Assembly: GCA_963692475.1 (NCBI GenBank)
Contig: OY829950.1
Coordinates: 2,520,504-2,584,503 of the forward strand
DNA length: 64,000 nt
Reading direction: 5' to 3'
Source: Candidatus Cloacimonadales bacterium
GTDB taxonomy: Bacteria; Cloacimonadota; Cloacimonadia; Cloacimonadales; JAFGVF01
The translations under genes were made by a program, and so were the position numbers. Shown here piece after piece: positions 8,932-18,981 of this stretch (within the stretch, counting starts at the first letter, position 1; each line of letters starts with the position of its first letter). The notes beneath the pieces are model-generated. The model worked only from the letters and a program-made list of their open reading frames with translations. It had not been told where the DNA came from and ran no database searches.

Positions 8932-10182
8932 ATGAAAAAGTTTTTAATAATTACTGTGTTAATGGCGTTCTCTTTAAGCTTCATTCTTGCTCAAGAAAAA
9001 ATCGAAGCTATTGAAATTCAGATGGATAACTTTGAAGAGAAAATGGAAATAGTGACTGAGCATATGGAAGATTTGGCTGAGAAATTATCAGAAGAAGAAA
9101 ATGGTCCTATAGTAATAAATCTTACTAACAATAACACTAACACTAAGGTTTATCTTGGTGTTTTTCCAAAAGATTTAACATTAGAAGATGTTCGTGAACT
9201 TAATTACGATTTAAATTATGGTGTTCTAATTTCTGGAGTAGTTTCAGGAAGCTCAGCAAGCAGACAAAAGATATTTGCTAATGACATTATTTACGAGATA
9301 GATGGTAGAAAAGTTACTAATAATAAAGCATTTACTGAAATTTTAAAATCTTACAATCCTGGTGATGTAGCAGTATTTAAAATTTTCAGTGCAGGTAAAC
9401 ATATAGAAAAGAAATATACTTTTGAAGCAAAACCAAAATCAAAAGATACCGATGTAAAAATTGAAATTTCTGAAGAGAAAGAAGATGTAGATTGGAACTC
9501 TGTTGCTATCAACTGGATTCCACGCTACTATCAATTCGATGATATTGATGATATAAATGGTTTAGCTCAACAGTTGGGTTTCGAAGAAATTGATGATAAA
9601 GGCATATTTATGAATGGTTTTGGCTTTAGAATTCATGCTGGTAAAGGATTCTACATTGGTGGAGAGTGGAACTGGTTTGAAACTAACAAGAAAATTAATC
9701 AGGAAATATCAACAGTTAGTTTAATTCCTGGTACTGAACCAGAAGTTTATTCAGATAGAAGCCGAGATAATGTGATTAGAAATATGAAATACTCTAACTC
9801 TTTTGGTGGTATTACTTTAGATAAAAGAATTTATTTCACAAAATACTTCCAACCTGGAATTGGTTTCTTACTTGGAGCAGGAAGTCAAAAATTTGATTTC
9901 TCGCAGTCTAAAGGTGATTACGACTGGACTGACTTCAATAATGACTTTAACGAAATTGGTAACAACTATATGGCAATGACCAGAGATTTCATAGTTTTCC
10001 AACCAAGAGCAGATTTATATGTTCCAATCCTTTCCTGGGTAGGTATTAGAGGTGAAGTTGCCTATATGCTTGGATACAGTCCTGAATCAGGATGGAAAGG
10101 CAGTGATTACGGAATTATCAATTCACCAAGTACCAAATGTGACGGTTTAACCTTCTCTGTTGGTCCTTGGATAGAATTTTAA
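8932..10182 (+). CDS. Secreted PDZ-domain protein with putative C-terminal outer-membrane beta-barrel-like region
   Basis: Signal peptide MKKFLIITVLMAFSLSFILAQ; PDZ-like segment YLGVF...GVLISGVVSGSSASRQKIFANDIIYEIDGRKV...PGDVAVFKI; Gly/aromatic-rich C-terminal half ending in a terminal Phe. Confidence 0.55.
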   Translation: MKKFLIITVLMAFSLSFILAQEKIEAIEIQMDNFEEKMEIVTEHMEDLAEKLSEEENGPIVINLTNNNTNTKVYLGVFPKDLTLEDVRELNYDLNYGVLISGVVSGSSASRQKIFANDIIYEIDGRKVTNNKAFTEILKSYNPGDVAVFKIFSAGKHIEKKYTFEAKPKSKDTDVKIEISEEKEDVDWNSVAINWIPRYYQFDDIDDINGLAQQLGFEEIDDKGIFMNGFGFRIHAGKGFYIGGEWNWFETNKKINQEISTVSLIPGTEPEVYSDRSRDNVIRNMKYSNSFGGITLDKRIYFTKYFQPGIGFLLGAGSQKFDFSQSKGDYDWTDFNNDFNEIGNNYMAMTRDFIVFQPRADLYVPILSWVGIRGEVAYMLGYSPESGWKGSDYGIINSPSTKCDGLTFSVGPWIEF

Positions 10183-10221
10183 AATAAATTAGACAAGTCG
10201 TATTAGTATATATCCTTCCAC

Positions 10222-10253
10222 GCCCAATCCAACCCCGGATTGGGCTTCCCTTT
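10222..10253 (+). terminator. Intrinsic terminator after the PDZ gene
   Basis: GCCCAATCC / GGATTGGGC 9-bp stem followed by TTCCCTTT. Confidence 0.5.
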
Positions 10254-10317
10254 AAAAAAAAATATTTTTTACTTGTCAATTATTTTGTTTTATATATAAA
10301 TAGTATCAAGAGGTAAA

Positions 10318-10869
10318 ATGATGTTCGAGAGCTTAGGAAATTATATCTTAAAAGGTGTAATTACATTTACACTATTAGTCTTGTCTTCTTACGAAGGTAA
10401 TGACGCAACCTTTAAGGCTTTGCAGATAAATTATCTCGAAGGCGCGATTGGAATTGAAGTTCAATTAGAGAGTGCTTTTGAAAATGATTTTGAAGAGATA
10501 TTTAAAACAGGTAAAAGTATTGATATCTGGTTTAATACTTCTGTAAGCAGTCAAGGGATTGTGTTAGAAGAACAAGACTTCAGTCATAATGTTACCTATG
10601 ATCCACTTCTTGATAGTTATTTACTTATTAAAGGTTCAACAAATGAATCTCTTGTTTGTGAAGATTATCAATGTTTGGTAAAAGAACTCTCTACGATAAA
10701 ATGGCATTTCAGACAACTTCGGAGTGTCTCAGATTATGATTTTTCAATCAATGCTCATTTGGAGAAAATCTATTTTGAACAGATGGATAAAGAATTTAAT
10801 CTAATGCTTTTGTGGAAAAACAAGTCACCTCGGTTGAAAGAGAGGATTAAAGTAAATACTAATAATTGA
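10318..10869 (+). CDS. DUF4390-like small protein (N-terminal TM/signal), first gene of the kinase/regulator operon
   Basis: Size, N-terminal hydrophobic segment and position directly upstream of an NtrY-like kinase fit the DUF4390-ntrY-ntrX arrangement known in other phyla. Pattern LEGAIGIEVQLESAFENDFEEIFKTGKSIDIWF...VTYDPLLDSYLL. Assigned from recall, not a search. Confidence 0.4.
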   Translation: MMFESLGNYILKGVITFTLLVLSSYEGNDATFKALQINYLEGAIGIEVQLESAFENDFEEIFKTGKSIDIWFNTSVSSQGIVLEEQDFSHNVTYDPLLDSYLLIKGSTNESLVCEDYQCLVKELSTIKWHFRQLRSVSDYDFSINAHLEKIYFEQMDKEFNLMLLWKNKSPRLKERIKVNTNN

Positions 10870-10883
10870 TTTTGGAAGGTTTA

Positions 10884-12053
10884 ATGAAATATCGTCCGGG
10901 GATAAGATCCTATTTTATTATCACTTTTGTTGTAGTTTTTGGACTAAGTATATATCTAATAAATAACTACTTTGTGAATCAACAAGAGAGAATTAAGGGG
11001 TCATTTAATAATATTGATGCCAAACCATTTGTAGAAAATTTAAGATTAGAGACAGCTCAAGATTCAGTATTAGCTACTAATCTTCTCAATAATATTAATA
11101 GCTTGAAAGCTCTTACTGGAACAACATTGATAGAAGTAAAAAGTTATTCTTGGCTAATAATTTTTACTATTGCAATTGTAGCTTTTGCTTTTTTTATTTT
11201 AATCATAATGAAATTCAGCAAACCGATTATTGAACTTCAAAAAGCTACTGAATTGATCCAAAAAGGATTTTACGATATTACACTACCTGAAAATGGTATA
11301 AGGGAACTTAGAGACCTAAAAAGGTCCTTTAATACTATGTCTAAGGAGCTAATCAATACCCAAGATAAGTTAGTAGAGTCTGAAAAACAGGCAATCTGGA
11401 AAGACTTGTCTCGCGCTTTGGCACATGAGATTAAGAATCCACTAACACCTATTCAGCTAACTCTGCAAAGATTAGAAGAAAAATATACTGATAAAGAAAA
11501 ATTTTATGATTATTTTCCTCAAGCAACTGAAGTAATACATAATGAGATTCAGAACCTTTTGTCCATATCCAGGAATTTTTCAACTTTTGCAAAACTAGTA
11601 CTTCCTGAAAAGAGTGTTTTTTCTCCTCAAAAGATATTAGATAGCATTATTGATTCATATAGTTCTGATTATATAATAAATAAGAATTATCAATCTGATA
11701 AATCAGTTATTTTTGATCAAGATCATTTTTATCAGATAATCACCAATCTTCTCCAAAATGCTATTGATGCCAGTAAGCGTGGTACACCTATTGAGGTAAC
11801 TATAAAAGAGGACCATAAGCTGTTAATCATCTGTATTGAAGACCATGGTATTGGTATAGCAAGAGAAGATATTAGTAGGATTTATAATCCTTATTTTACT
11901 AAAAAGCCAAATGGAAGTGGGATTGGATTAGCTTTGGTGAAAAAGTTCATTGAAGCTAACGGAAGTACAATATTTGTGAACAGCCAAGAGGGTATTGGTA
12001 CAAAATTTAGGTTCTCTATGGAGATTTTTAATGAAAATTCTGATAACAGATGA
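10884..12053 (+). CDS. Sensor histidine kinase, NtrY-like (2 TM, HAMP, HisKA, HATPase)
   Basis: H-box LAHEIKNPLTPIQL (NtrY-type), N box LLQNAIDA, G boxes EDHGIGI and GSGIGL. Start moved to the ATG (MKYRPG) behind GGAAGG; the track start is a TTG overlapping the upstream stop. Confidence 0.8.
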   Translation: MKYRPGIRSYFIITFVVVFGLSIYLINNYFVNQQERIKGSFNNIDAKPFVENLRLETAQDSVLATNLLNNINSLKALTGTTLIEVKSYSWLIIFTIAIVAFAFFILIIMKFSKPIIELQKATELIQKGFYDITLPENGIRELRDLKRSFNTMSKELINTQDKLVESEKQAIWKDLSRALAHEIKNPLTPIQLTLQRLEEKYTDKEKFYDYFPQATEVIHNEIQNLLSISRNFSTFAKLVLPEKSVFSPQKILDSIIDSYSSDYIINKNYQSDKSVIFDQDHFYQIITNLLQNAIDASKRGTPIEVTIKEDHKLLIICIEDHGIGIAREDISRIYNPYFTKKPNGSGIGLALVKKFIEANGSTIFVNSQEGIGTKFRFSMEIFNENSDNR

Positions 12054-13377
12054 TGAAATAAATATAGTTAAATTATTGAAAGAGATTTTCGAAGAGGAAC
12101 ACCATGAGGTTGAAATTGCTTATAATGGACAACAAGCTATAGATAAATATAAGTCATTCTCTCCAGATATAACATTTTTAGATGTTAAAATGCCAGTTTT
12201 GGATGGGGTTGGTGCTTTAGAAAAGATTAAGCAGATTAACCCTGATGCTACCCTTGTTATGATTTCAGGTCATAGCAATATACCAATAGCTGTAAAATCT
12301 ATCAAAGGTGGAGCTTATGACTTTTTGGAAAAACCTTTATCTCTTCCTCTAATTAAAGTGACCCTTAACAAGGCTATTCAACATATAAGAATGAACAACA
12401 GAGTTGCTAACTTGCAAAGCAATTTAGATTCTAAATACCAGATGATAGGCAATTCACCTGCTATGAAGCAGCTTAATAATCTGATAGATAGAGTAGCTAA
12501 TACTAATTCAAAAGTCCTTATTCAAGGTGAAAGTGGAACTGGGAAAGAGCTGGTAGCATGGTCAATTCATACAAAAAGTTCTCGGGCTGAGGGTAGTTTT
12601 ATCAGGTTTAACTCGGCAGCAATTCCAAATGAATTAGTAGAGAGTGAACTGTTTGGTTTTGAGAAGGGAGCTTTTACAGGTGCTCAGAATTCTAAGAAGG
12701 GCAAGATTGAAGAAGCTGATGGAGGAACCCTATTTTTAGATGAAATAGGGGATATGAGTATGACAGCTCAAGCCAAGATCTTAAGAGTCATTCAAGAAGG
12801 TGAATTTGAAAGAGTTGGCTCTAATAAACCAATAAAAGTTGATGCTCGAATCATTGCTGCAACACATAAGAACTTAGAACAATTAATTTCTGAAGGGAAA
12901 TTTAGAGAAGACCTTTTTTATAGGCTTAATGTTATTCCATTAAGAGTCCCTCCTCTCAGGGAAAGAAGAGAAGATATTGAAGTCCTGATTAAATATTTTA
13001 CAAATTTAAATTCTCAAGAGATGAAAATCAAGCCTAAGAAATTCACGAAAGAGACTTTAGACTATTTTAGAAGCCTTTCTTTTCCTGGTAATGTCAGAGA
13101 ATTAAAGAACCTTATTGAGAGATTATTTATTGTTGCTGAAGAAGAAGAAATTGATCTTTCCTTAGTGAAGAATTTTCATAATCCTCATTCTACAATAGAT
13201 AATTTCTGGGATGAGACAATTAGTTTTGCAGAGAAGAAAACACAGTTTGAAAAGAGATATTTAGAGAATCAATTAAAAAAACATGCATGTAATATTTCTA
13301 AAACTTCACAAGCATTAGGTTTACAGCAGAGTAATCTCTCAAGAAAGGTTAAAGAACTAAATATCACTCTCGAATAA
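12031..13377 (+). CDS. Sigma-54-dependent response regulator (receiver + AAA+ + HTH; NtrX/NtrC class)
   Basis: Receiver (MKILITDDE...FLDVKMP), Walker A GESGTGKE, GAFTGA loop, ESELFG, C-terminal HTH (ISKTSQALGLQQSNLSRKV). Start set at MKILITDD behind a GGAG. Confidence 0.9.
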   Translation: MKILITDDEINIVKLLKEIFEEEHHEVEIAYNGQQAIDKYKSFSPDITFLDVKMPVLDGVGALEKIKQINPDATLVMISGHSNIPIAVKSIKGGAYDFLEKPLSLPLIKVTLNKAIQHIRMNNRVANLQSNLDSKYQMIGNSPAMKQLNNLIDRVANTNSKVLIQGESGTGKELVAWSIHTKSSRAEGSFIRFNSAAIPNELVESELFGFEKGAFTGAQNSKKGKIEEADGGTLFLDEIGDMSMTAQAKILRVIQEGEFERVGSNKPIKVDARIIAATHKNLEQLISEGKFREDLFYRLNVIPLRVPPLRERREDIEVLIKYFTNLNSQEMKIKPKKFTKETLDYFRSLSFPGNVRELKNLIERLFIVAEEEEIDLSLVKNFHNPHSTIDNFWDETISFAEKKTQFEKRYLENQLKKHACNISKTSQALGLQQSNLSRKVKELNITLE

Positions 13378-13487
13378 AGTAAAGCATTACTTAACAAAAT
13401 ATAAATATTTCATGCATAATTAAACTACTAAAATCTACTTGACAATGTCTTTATATGTTGCCACTTTGACATAGAGGTACTTGTCTA

Positions 13488-15722
13488 ATGAAGAAGTTTT
13501 ATTATCCAATAATTTTGTTGTTAAGTGTGTTTTCTTTATATTCTAATGAGCTTACAGATTCTCTTAAAGTAGAAATTGATTCATTGCCTTTCTCTTATTT
13601 GAAAGGTGATAAAATATGGGATTTAGCATTATTGCAAGGTAATGAATTAAATCAGCCTGAAGAGGCGATAAAAAATTATATCAGAGCGACAGATATATTT
13701 GTAGAATTAGATTCACTTGCAAGTGCTATCAAGACCAATAGTTCAGTAATGATTATGGCTTTTAATTATCCTGAATATTTTAATTATTCTAAGCAAGCAT
13801 TTAAGAGACATTTAACATTTTTAGATAATCCAAAACTAAATAAGTATAAAACTACTTTGCTTACAAATATTCAACTGCATCTACAAAACGCTTACTTTCT
13901 TAAAGAAATGGAGCATCTTCAAGAGGGATTAACTATTACTGAGAAGTATTTTGAAGATAAACTAAATGACTCTATAAAAATAGATTTTGCTCAGCTCCAG
14001 ATTTTTCTTACATATCATTATTACGGGGAAGAGAAAGCAATAGAAAAAGCTATGGAAGTCTATGAAGCTATTGAGAAAGGAAACTATGAGCTAAATTTTG
14101 GTAAGAAGAATAGTATGAGAATTAAAATTCTGTCTGTTATGCAGAACTACTACTTTTACCGAGGTGAAATTAAGCAATCCAATCAGCTATTAGATCAGGC
14201 AAAAGCTATTGCATTTGATGTTTATACCAACCATGCTGATAGTTTAACTACAATAGAAAAGATTAATTATAGATCTGATATAGCTCAAATTATGACTTTG
14301 AAGACTGATAATATTGAAATCAAAGAAGAAAATTTAAATATCATAGAGAATGGTTATCTTGAAGTTAATCAGTTTGCTAAGTCTTTTGATAAAGATAGAG
14401 AAATAAATAACTACACCAAGATTGCTCATGCCTATGATGTTATTCATTCTGGAAAACATCCTAAGATAAAATTCTATTTAGATAAGGCAGAAAATGGATT
14501 AGAATTAGTTAATAACTCACTTTACAAAACTAACTTCTATCTAACAAAAGCAAGGTATTTATTGAATATAAAAAATTATAAGAAAGCAGATCTTTGCTTT
14601 CAAGAAGTTGAAAAATTCATTGATAAAGCTAATCAATCATGGATAAAATTCAACTATATTTTAGAACGTTCCAGATACTATTTTGAACTGGATCAGCCTA
14701 AAATAGGTTATGATATGGTTACGGATTTTTATACTAATATCGATAAAGATTTCTCTAACAATATTGCTAAGAAAACTGCTGAACTGAATAATCTAATAGA
14801 AACGCAAGAATTACAAAACGATAAGATTAGATTGGAGAAGGAGTTAGAAATCAAGAATCTGAAAAGCAGTAAAGATAATTTAGTAACTACAATGATTGGT
14901 GCTTTTTTAGGATTTACTAGCTTACTTTTGATTAATAATGTTAGGTTAAATAAAAAGCTGAAGCATTCTTTAACCAAGCAGGGAGAAAAATTAAAAAAAG
15001 AAATATTTATAAGTCAAAAAAGAGCTGAAGAGTTAATAGTAACTGAAAAATTATCTACCACAGGGCAAATAGCTTCTTCAATAGCCCATGAAATTAAAAA
15101 CCCATTAACTAATATTATTACTGCTTCAAAACTACTGAAAAATGCAAGTAACCAAGAAGATATTGATAAATACTATGAAATCTGTGAAAGAAATTCTTGG
15201 TTAGCTATTGATAAAGTGAACTCTCTATTAGAATATGCAAAACAAAAAAAGATGAACTTCCAAGATTGTTCTCTTAAAACAGTTCTCAAAGAAGCCTATA
15301 GTCTTTCCAAAGGTTCATTAGAAGAAAATGATATTCAACTTAATCTAATTTATCAAACTCATGATGATGTAGTAGAAATAGATAAAAAAGAGATTACAGG
15401 GGTGGTTGTTAATCTTATTCTTAATTCAGTTCAGGCAATGATGGAAAAGCAAGATGATAAGCAGATTGATCTAATATTGAGTGAAGATAATAGTGATTTT
15501 GTTATTGAAGTTTCTGACAATGGCTCTGGAATACCTTCTGAGATTTTATCCAAAGTCTTCAATCCTTTCTTTACTACAAAAGAGACTGGTACAGGACTTG
15601 GATTGAATTATGCCCAAAAGGTACTTATAGAACACTATGGTAAAATTGATATTAAATCTGAAGTTAATAAAGGAACTCAAGTATTTATCAGAATTCCTAA
15701 AAGAGCTAAATCTCTAACATAA
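13488..15722 (+). CDS. Sensor histidine kinase with large TPR-like extracytoplasmic N-terminal domain
   Basis: Signal/TM at the N-terminus, ~450-aa helical repeat region, a coiled coil, one TM (MIGAFLGFTSLLLI), H-box IAHEIKNPLTNI, and HATPase motifs DNGSGIP and GTGLGL. Confidence 0.8.
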   Translation: MKKFYYPIILLLSVFSLYSNELTDSLKVEIDSLPFSYLKGDKIWDLALLQGNELNQPEEAIKNYIRATDIFVELDSLASAIKTNSSVMIMAFNYPEYFNYSKQAFKRHLTFLDNPKLNKYKTTLLTNIQLHLQNAYFLKEMEHLQEGLTITEKYFEDKLNDSIKIDFAQLQIFLTYHYYGEEKAIEKAMEVYEAIEKGNYELNFGKKNSMRIKILSVMQNYYFYRGEIKQSNQLLDQAKAIAFDVYTNHADSLTTIEKINYRSDIAQIMTLKTDNIEIKEENLNIIENGYLEVNQFAKSFDKDREINNYTKIAHAYDVIHSGKHPKIKFYLDKAENGLELVNNSLYKTNFYLTKARYLLNIKNYKKADLCFQEVEKFIDKANQSWIKFNYILERSRYYFELDQPKIGYDMVTDFYTNIDKDFSNNIAKKTAELNNLIETQELQNDKIRLEKELEIKNLKSSKDNLVTTMIGAFLGFTSLLLINNVRLNKKLKHSLTKQGEKLKKEIFISQKRAEELIVTEKLSTTGQIASSIAHEIKNPLTNIITASKLLKNASNQEDIDKYYEICERNSWLAIDKVNSLLEYAKQKKMNFQDCSLKTVLKEAYSLSKGSLEENDIQLNLIYQTHDDVVEIDKKEITGVVVNLILNSVQAMMEKQDDKQIDLILSEDNSDFVIEVSDNGSGIPSEILSKVFNPFFTTKETGTGLGLNYAQKVLIEHYGKIDIKSEVNKGTQVFIRIPKRAKSLT

Positions 15723-15865
15723 GGCTCTCTCCAAAGTAGAGTGAGCATAGTTTAGTTCATCTGTTTGCTTTTGTCTAAATGTGGATGTCCACATCAGCAA
15801 AATCAATCATAATGTCGCTCTTTGGGCTTAGTTTAAACTATGCCCACCCTACTTTGGAGATAGCC
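15723..15865. repeat. 143-bp long inverted repeat (foldback) between convergent genes
   Basis: Left arm GGCTCTCTCCAAAGTAGAGTGAGCATAGTTTAG pairs with right arm CTTAGTTTAAACTATGCCCACCCTACTTTGGAGATAGCC (~30 of 33). The centre holds the palindrome ATGTGGA-TG-TCCACAT. Confidence 0.7.
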
Positions 15866-15946
15866 AAAAAATAGACTAAAAGCTCAGAGATGATGACTAT
15901 ATCAACACTCTGGCTTCATTGGAGCTGAGAGAATTAGAGGTAAGGA

Positions 15947-18640
15947 CTATTTAATATTGATAAATTTCAATAACTTGGATTCTTGATCAGCATCTACTTT
16001 GATCAGATAAACACCGGAAGCCAAGTCTGATATCCCATTCCAGGTTAGTTGATGATTCCCTATTTCCAATGGTTGATGTTTTGAAATCTGCGCAACTTTT
16101 TGACCCTTAATATTATAAACAGCAAGAGATACTGTTGACTTCTTGGTTAAATCAAAGCTAATGTTTGCAACTCCTCTGCTAAGCGTTGAGTTTAGAGGAT
16201 TTGGATATATATTTAGGTTCTTCATAACACTTTCTGAATCAATAACATCATTACTATTAGGGGTACCCACAGCAAGATGAACATCTAAAACTGAGTTTGC
16301 TTCTATGGTAGCCTTCACATAGACAATCAACTTATCTTCAAGCTCAACTACTTGATAAGGAATCCCATTAAATGCTGATATTTCTCCGTGATCAGGGTTA
16401 ATCATTTCAAATTTAATCAGTAAATCATCAAAGGCAATATCATGCATATTTACTATTTCAGCGCTATTTTCATAGACAGTTCCATTATTAGGGGATTCAT
16501 AATTTATTTGAAAATTCTGTCCTGAAGAACCAGCAGAAACTGATGCAAGGGGCTGTAAAACGCCATTATTGACTTTTATTACTCTATATTTTCTATTACC
16601 ATCACAGGTTGCTCCTGTCTGTAAATCATAAGGTGCTTGGTTAATATTTCCCTGATCATAATGGATATGACCACTTAAAGCCATATCAACACCTAAGTTA
16701 TAGAGATTAATTTGATCTGAAAAATCAAAGTGATAGAAGAGTACTTTAGTATCTTCATCTGTGGAAACTTCTGAATTTAACCAATTCATTTGATTATAAG
16801 TAAAGCTCTCATCTCCAAATATGTTTGGTAAGTAATTATCATAGTTTATATAACTTTCCATACCAATAAATTTGATTCCATCATAATCAAAAGAGTAATT
16901 TTGAGTACGATATGGATAGACACCATTAGGATTCTCCAAAATATCCCAGCCAAAGAATTTATACCAGTTGCTTCTGGAACTTCCGTCAGGCATAGGAGTT
17001 CCTTGCCATCCACCAATGTCATGGTTACCAGAGACTAAATAGACAGGAACTTCTAACATTCCTAAAAGATTTTTTGCTATTGAATAATAACGAGCATCTA
17101 AATAATCCTCTAATTCACCTTCATTGACTATATCGCCAGTGAAAAGAACAAATTTTGGATTAAGAATATTTATATCTTCTATTACAGTGAGAAAATCCTC
17201 AACCTCTGTCATATCATTATAATAGTTATTATCATGAGAAAATAGATGGGTTGGAAGGTGAGTATCAGTAATATGAACAAAATACCAATCATCTTCAGGA
17301 ATTTGTTCAATTTTTACAGCATTTTTAACTTCATCAACTTCTAAAGAAGGAGCATCAACAACTAAATCAAATAACTCGAAAAATGCTGGCACAGGGGTTT
17401 CTACCGTAATAATATGCCAATTCCTTACAGAATCGTAATTAGTACTTACTATGTCTAACTCTTGCTGATAATCTTCATATTTTATTGATACCTCCCATCC
17501 ACTTGTAGTTTCGGGAGCTGATGCCCATATCTCAAAAGTTTCATTAGGGTGAGTAATTGTAGGAATTGAGAGTATAGGTCTTTGAACTGTTGTTAAAATA
17601 TCTCCTTGCTCAGTTGATGCTATTGAAATATTCAAATCACCAAAGCTAAAAGATTCTACATCTTCATTATTTATACTACAATCAAAGGCAAAGAAAGATG
17701 TATTTCCCATTCCTACAGGGTTAAAAGATAAATTGAAGAGTGTTGAAGCTGTTGTGGATGTAGCTGAACCTGAATAGTCTATAGTTATAGTGTTTGATGT
17801 TGAAGAAAAGTTGCAAGCAGTCAGTATCGATGAATTATAATCTAATCCTGTAAATTCTACCATGTTGTTATTATAGGAAAGTTCTATATGGAAAGAATTA
17901 ATCTCTAACTCGCCTTGATTAAATATTTTTAAGGGAATATAGAACTCCTCAGCTTGATTAACAAAAATATCATCAGTGGCTATAGTGATAGGCATTTCTC
18001 CAACAACAATATCATTCATGCTCCTTGGATTTAAATAATAATCCCCATAGGAATAACTAACTACTCCTGTGATGGAACTTAAAACACTACCAACAATAGC
18101 GTCAAAATTATTTGCCATTAAACTTATACAACCAGTTCCGACTAAACCACTCCCAGTTCCATCATTAATCTTAAGATTTCCGTATTGGTCATAAGATTCA
18201 GTTATTTGAGCATTCTGAATAGTAACTAAAACCCCTTCATAAGCTTCCATGTTTCTTAATTGACCAGTAGTTATCATAGTTGGCACAAGAGCATTCCCAC
18301 TTGATAATATGTTAACATTAGAAACGCCGTAGAGTTCTGTAAATCCATAATATTCTGAAACTTCACCAGTCACAGATACTTCATCACCAACATTTAAAGA
18401 ATAATTATGATATACATAGATTCCTTTCCAAGCACCACCTTCAGGCATACTGATAAAAAAGCGACTATTGCTAAAATTATCAGCTGTTACAATACCAGTT
18501 ACAGTAACTGTTTGATCTTCATAAGGTGAAGGATAAGTATTATCATATCCCGCGTTTGTTGTGTATTGCAAATCATATATGGTAAGTCCAAATATATTTG
18601 AACTGATAAGTAATAGTAAAAGCGTTATAATTTTAGACAT
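15947..18640 (-). CDS. Secreted calcineurin-like metallophosphoesterase with T9SS-type C-terminal sorting domain
   Basis: Signal peptide; phosphoesterase motifs HITDTH, GDIVNEG, SGNHD, GHIHY; CTD YPNPLN...SLAVYNIKGQKV...SGVYLIKV. Start set at MSKII behind a GGAGA SD. Confidence 0.8.
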   Translation of the reverse strand: MSKIITLLLLLISSNIFGLTIYDLQYTTNAGYDNTYPSPYEDQTVTVTGIVTADNFSNSRFFISMPEGGAWKGIYVYHNYSLNVGDEVSVTGEVSEYYGFTELYGVSNVNILSSGNALVPTMITTGQLRNMEAYEGVLVTIQNAQITESYDQYGNLKINDGTGSGLVGTGCISLMANNFDAIVGSVLSSITGVVSYSYGDYYLNPRSMNDIVVGEMPITIATDDIFVNQAEEFYIPLKIFNQGELEINSFHIELSYNNNMVEFTGLDYNSSILTACNFSSTSNTITIDYSGSATSTTASTLFNLSFNPVGMGNTSFFAFDCSINNEDVESFSFGDLNISIASTEQGDILTTVQRPILSIPTITHPNETFEIWASAPETTSGWEVSIKYEDYQQELDIVSTNYDSVRNWHIITVETPVPAFFELFDLVVDAPSLEVDEVKNAVKIEQIPEDDWYFVHITDTHLPTHLFSHDNNYYNDMTEVEDFLTVIEDINILNPKFVLFTGDIVNEGELEDYLDARYYSIAKNLLGMLEVPVYLVSGNHDIGGWQGTPMPDGSSRSNWYKFFGWDILENPNGVYPYRTQNYSFDYDGIKFIGMESYINYDNYLPNIFGDESFTYNQMNWLNSEVSTDEDTKVLFYHFDFSDQINLYNLGVDMALSGHIHYDQGNINQAPYDLQTGATCDGNRKYRVIKVNNGVLQPLASVSAGSSGQNFQINYESPNNGTVYENSAEIVNMHDIAFDDLLIKFEMINPDHGEISAFNGIPYQVVELEDKLIVYVKATIEANSVLDVHLAVGTPNSNDVIDSESVMKNLNIYPNPLNSTLSRGVANISFDLTKKSTVSLAVYNIKGQKVAQISKHQPLEIGNHQLTWNGISDLASGVYLIKVDADQESKLLKFINIK

Positions 18641-18702
18641 AGGATTCTCCATTTTTTTTGCATTAAAACATTATTATTGAAATTGGTCAATAAATATTAT
18701 CC

Positions 18703-18727
18703 AAAAGTCTGAAAATCATTTTCAGAC
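18703..18727 (-). terminator. Candidate terminator downstream of msrBA
   Basis: GTCTGAAAA-TCA/TGA-TTTTCAGAC 9-bp perfect stem followed by TTTT on the - strand. Confidence 0.45.
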
Positions 18728-18981
18728 CTACATTTATTTCCTAACTACTATAAAAGCTCAAAGATGCTTAACTAACTACCATTGAGTATCTTCTTCCTAA
18801 CTTATTCTATAGGTATGAAAAGAATATTTCTCAATGATCTAATGTCTTTTTAGAATCTTTTTATTAGTGCTTTTGTTGATTAGTTATTGCTTCTTGATTC
18901 ACCCTCGTAAGTCACTCAATTTACCGTTGGAATTTTATAGTGACAGTATAAAGAGGGAAGCAAGCATGGTTAAAGAAGTAA

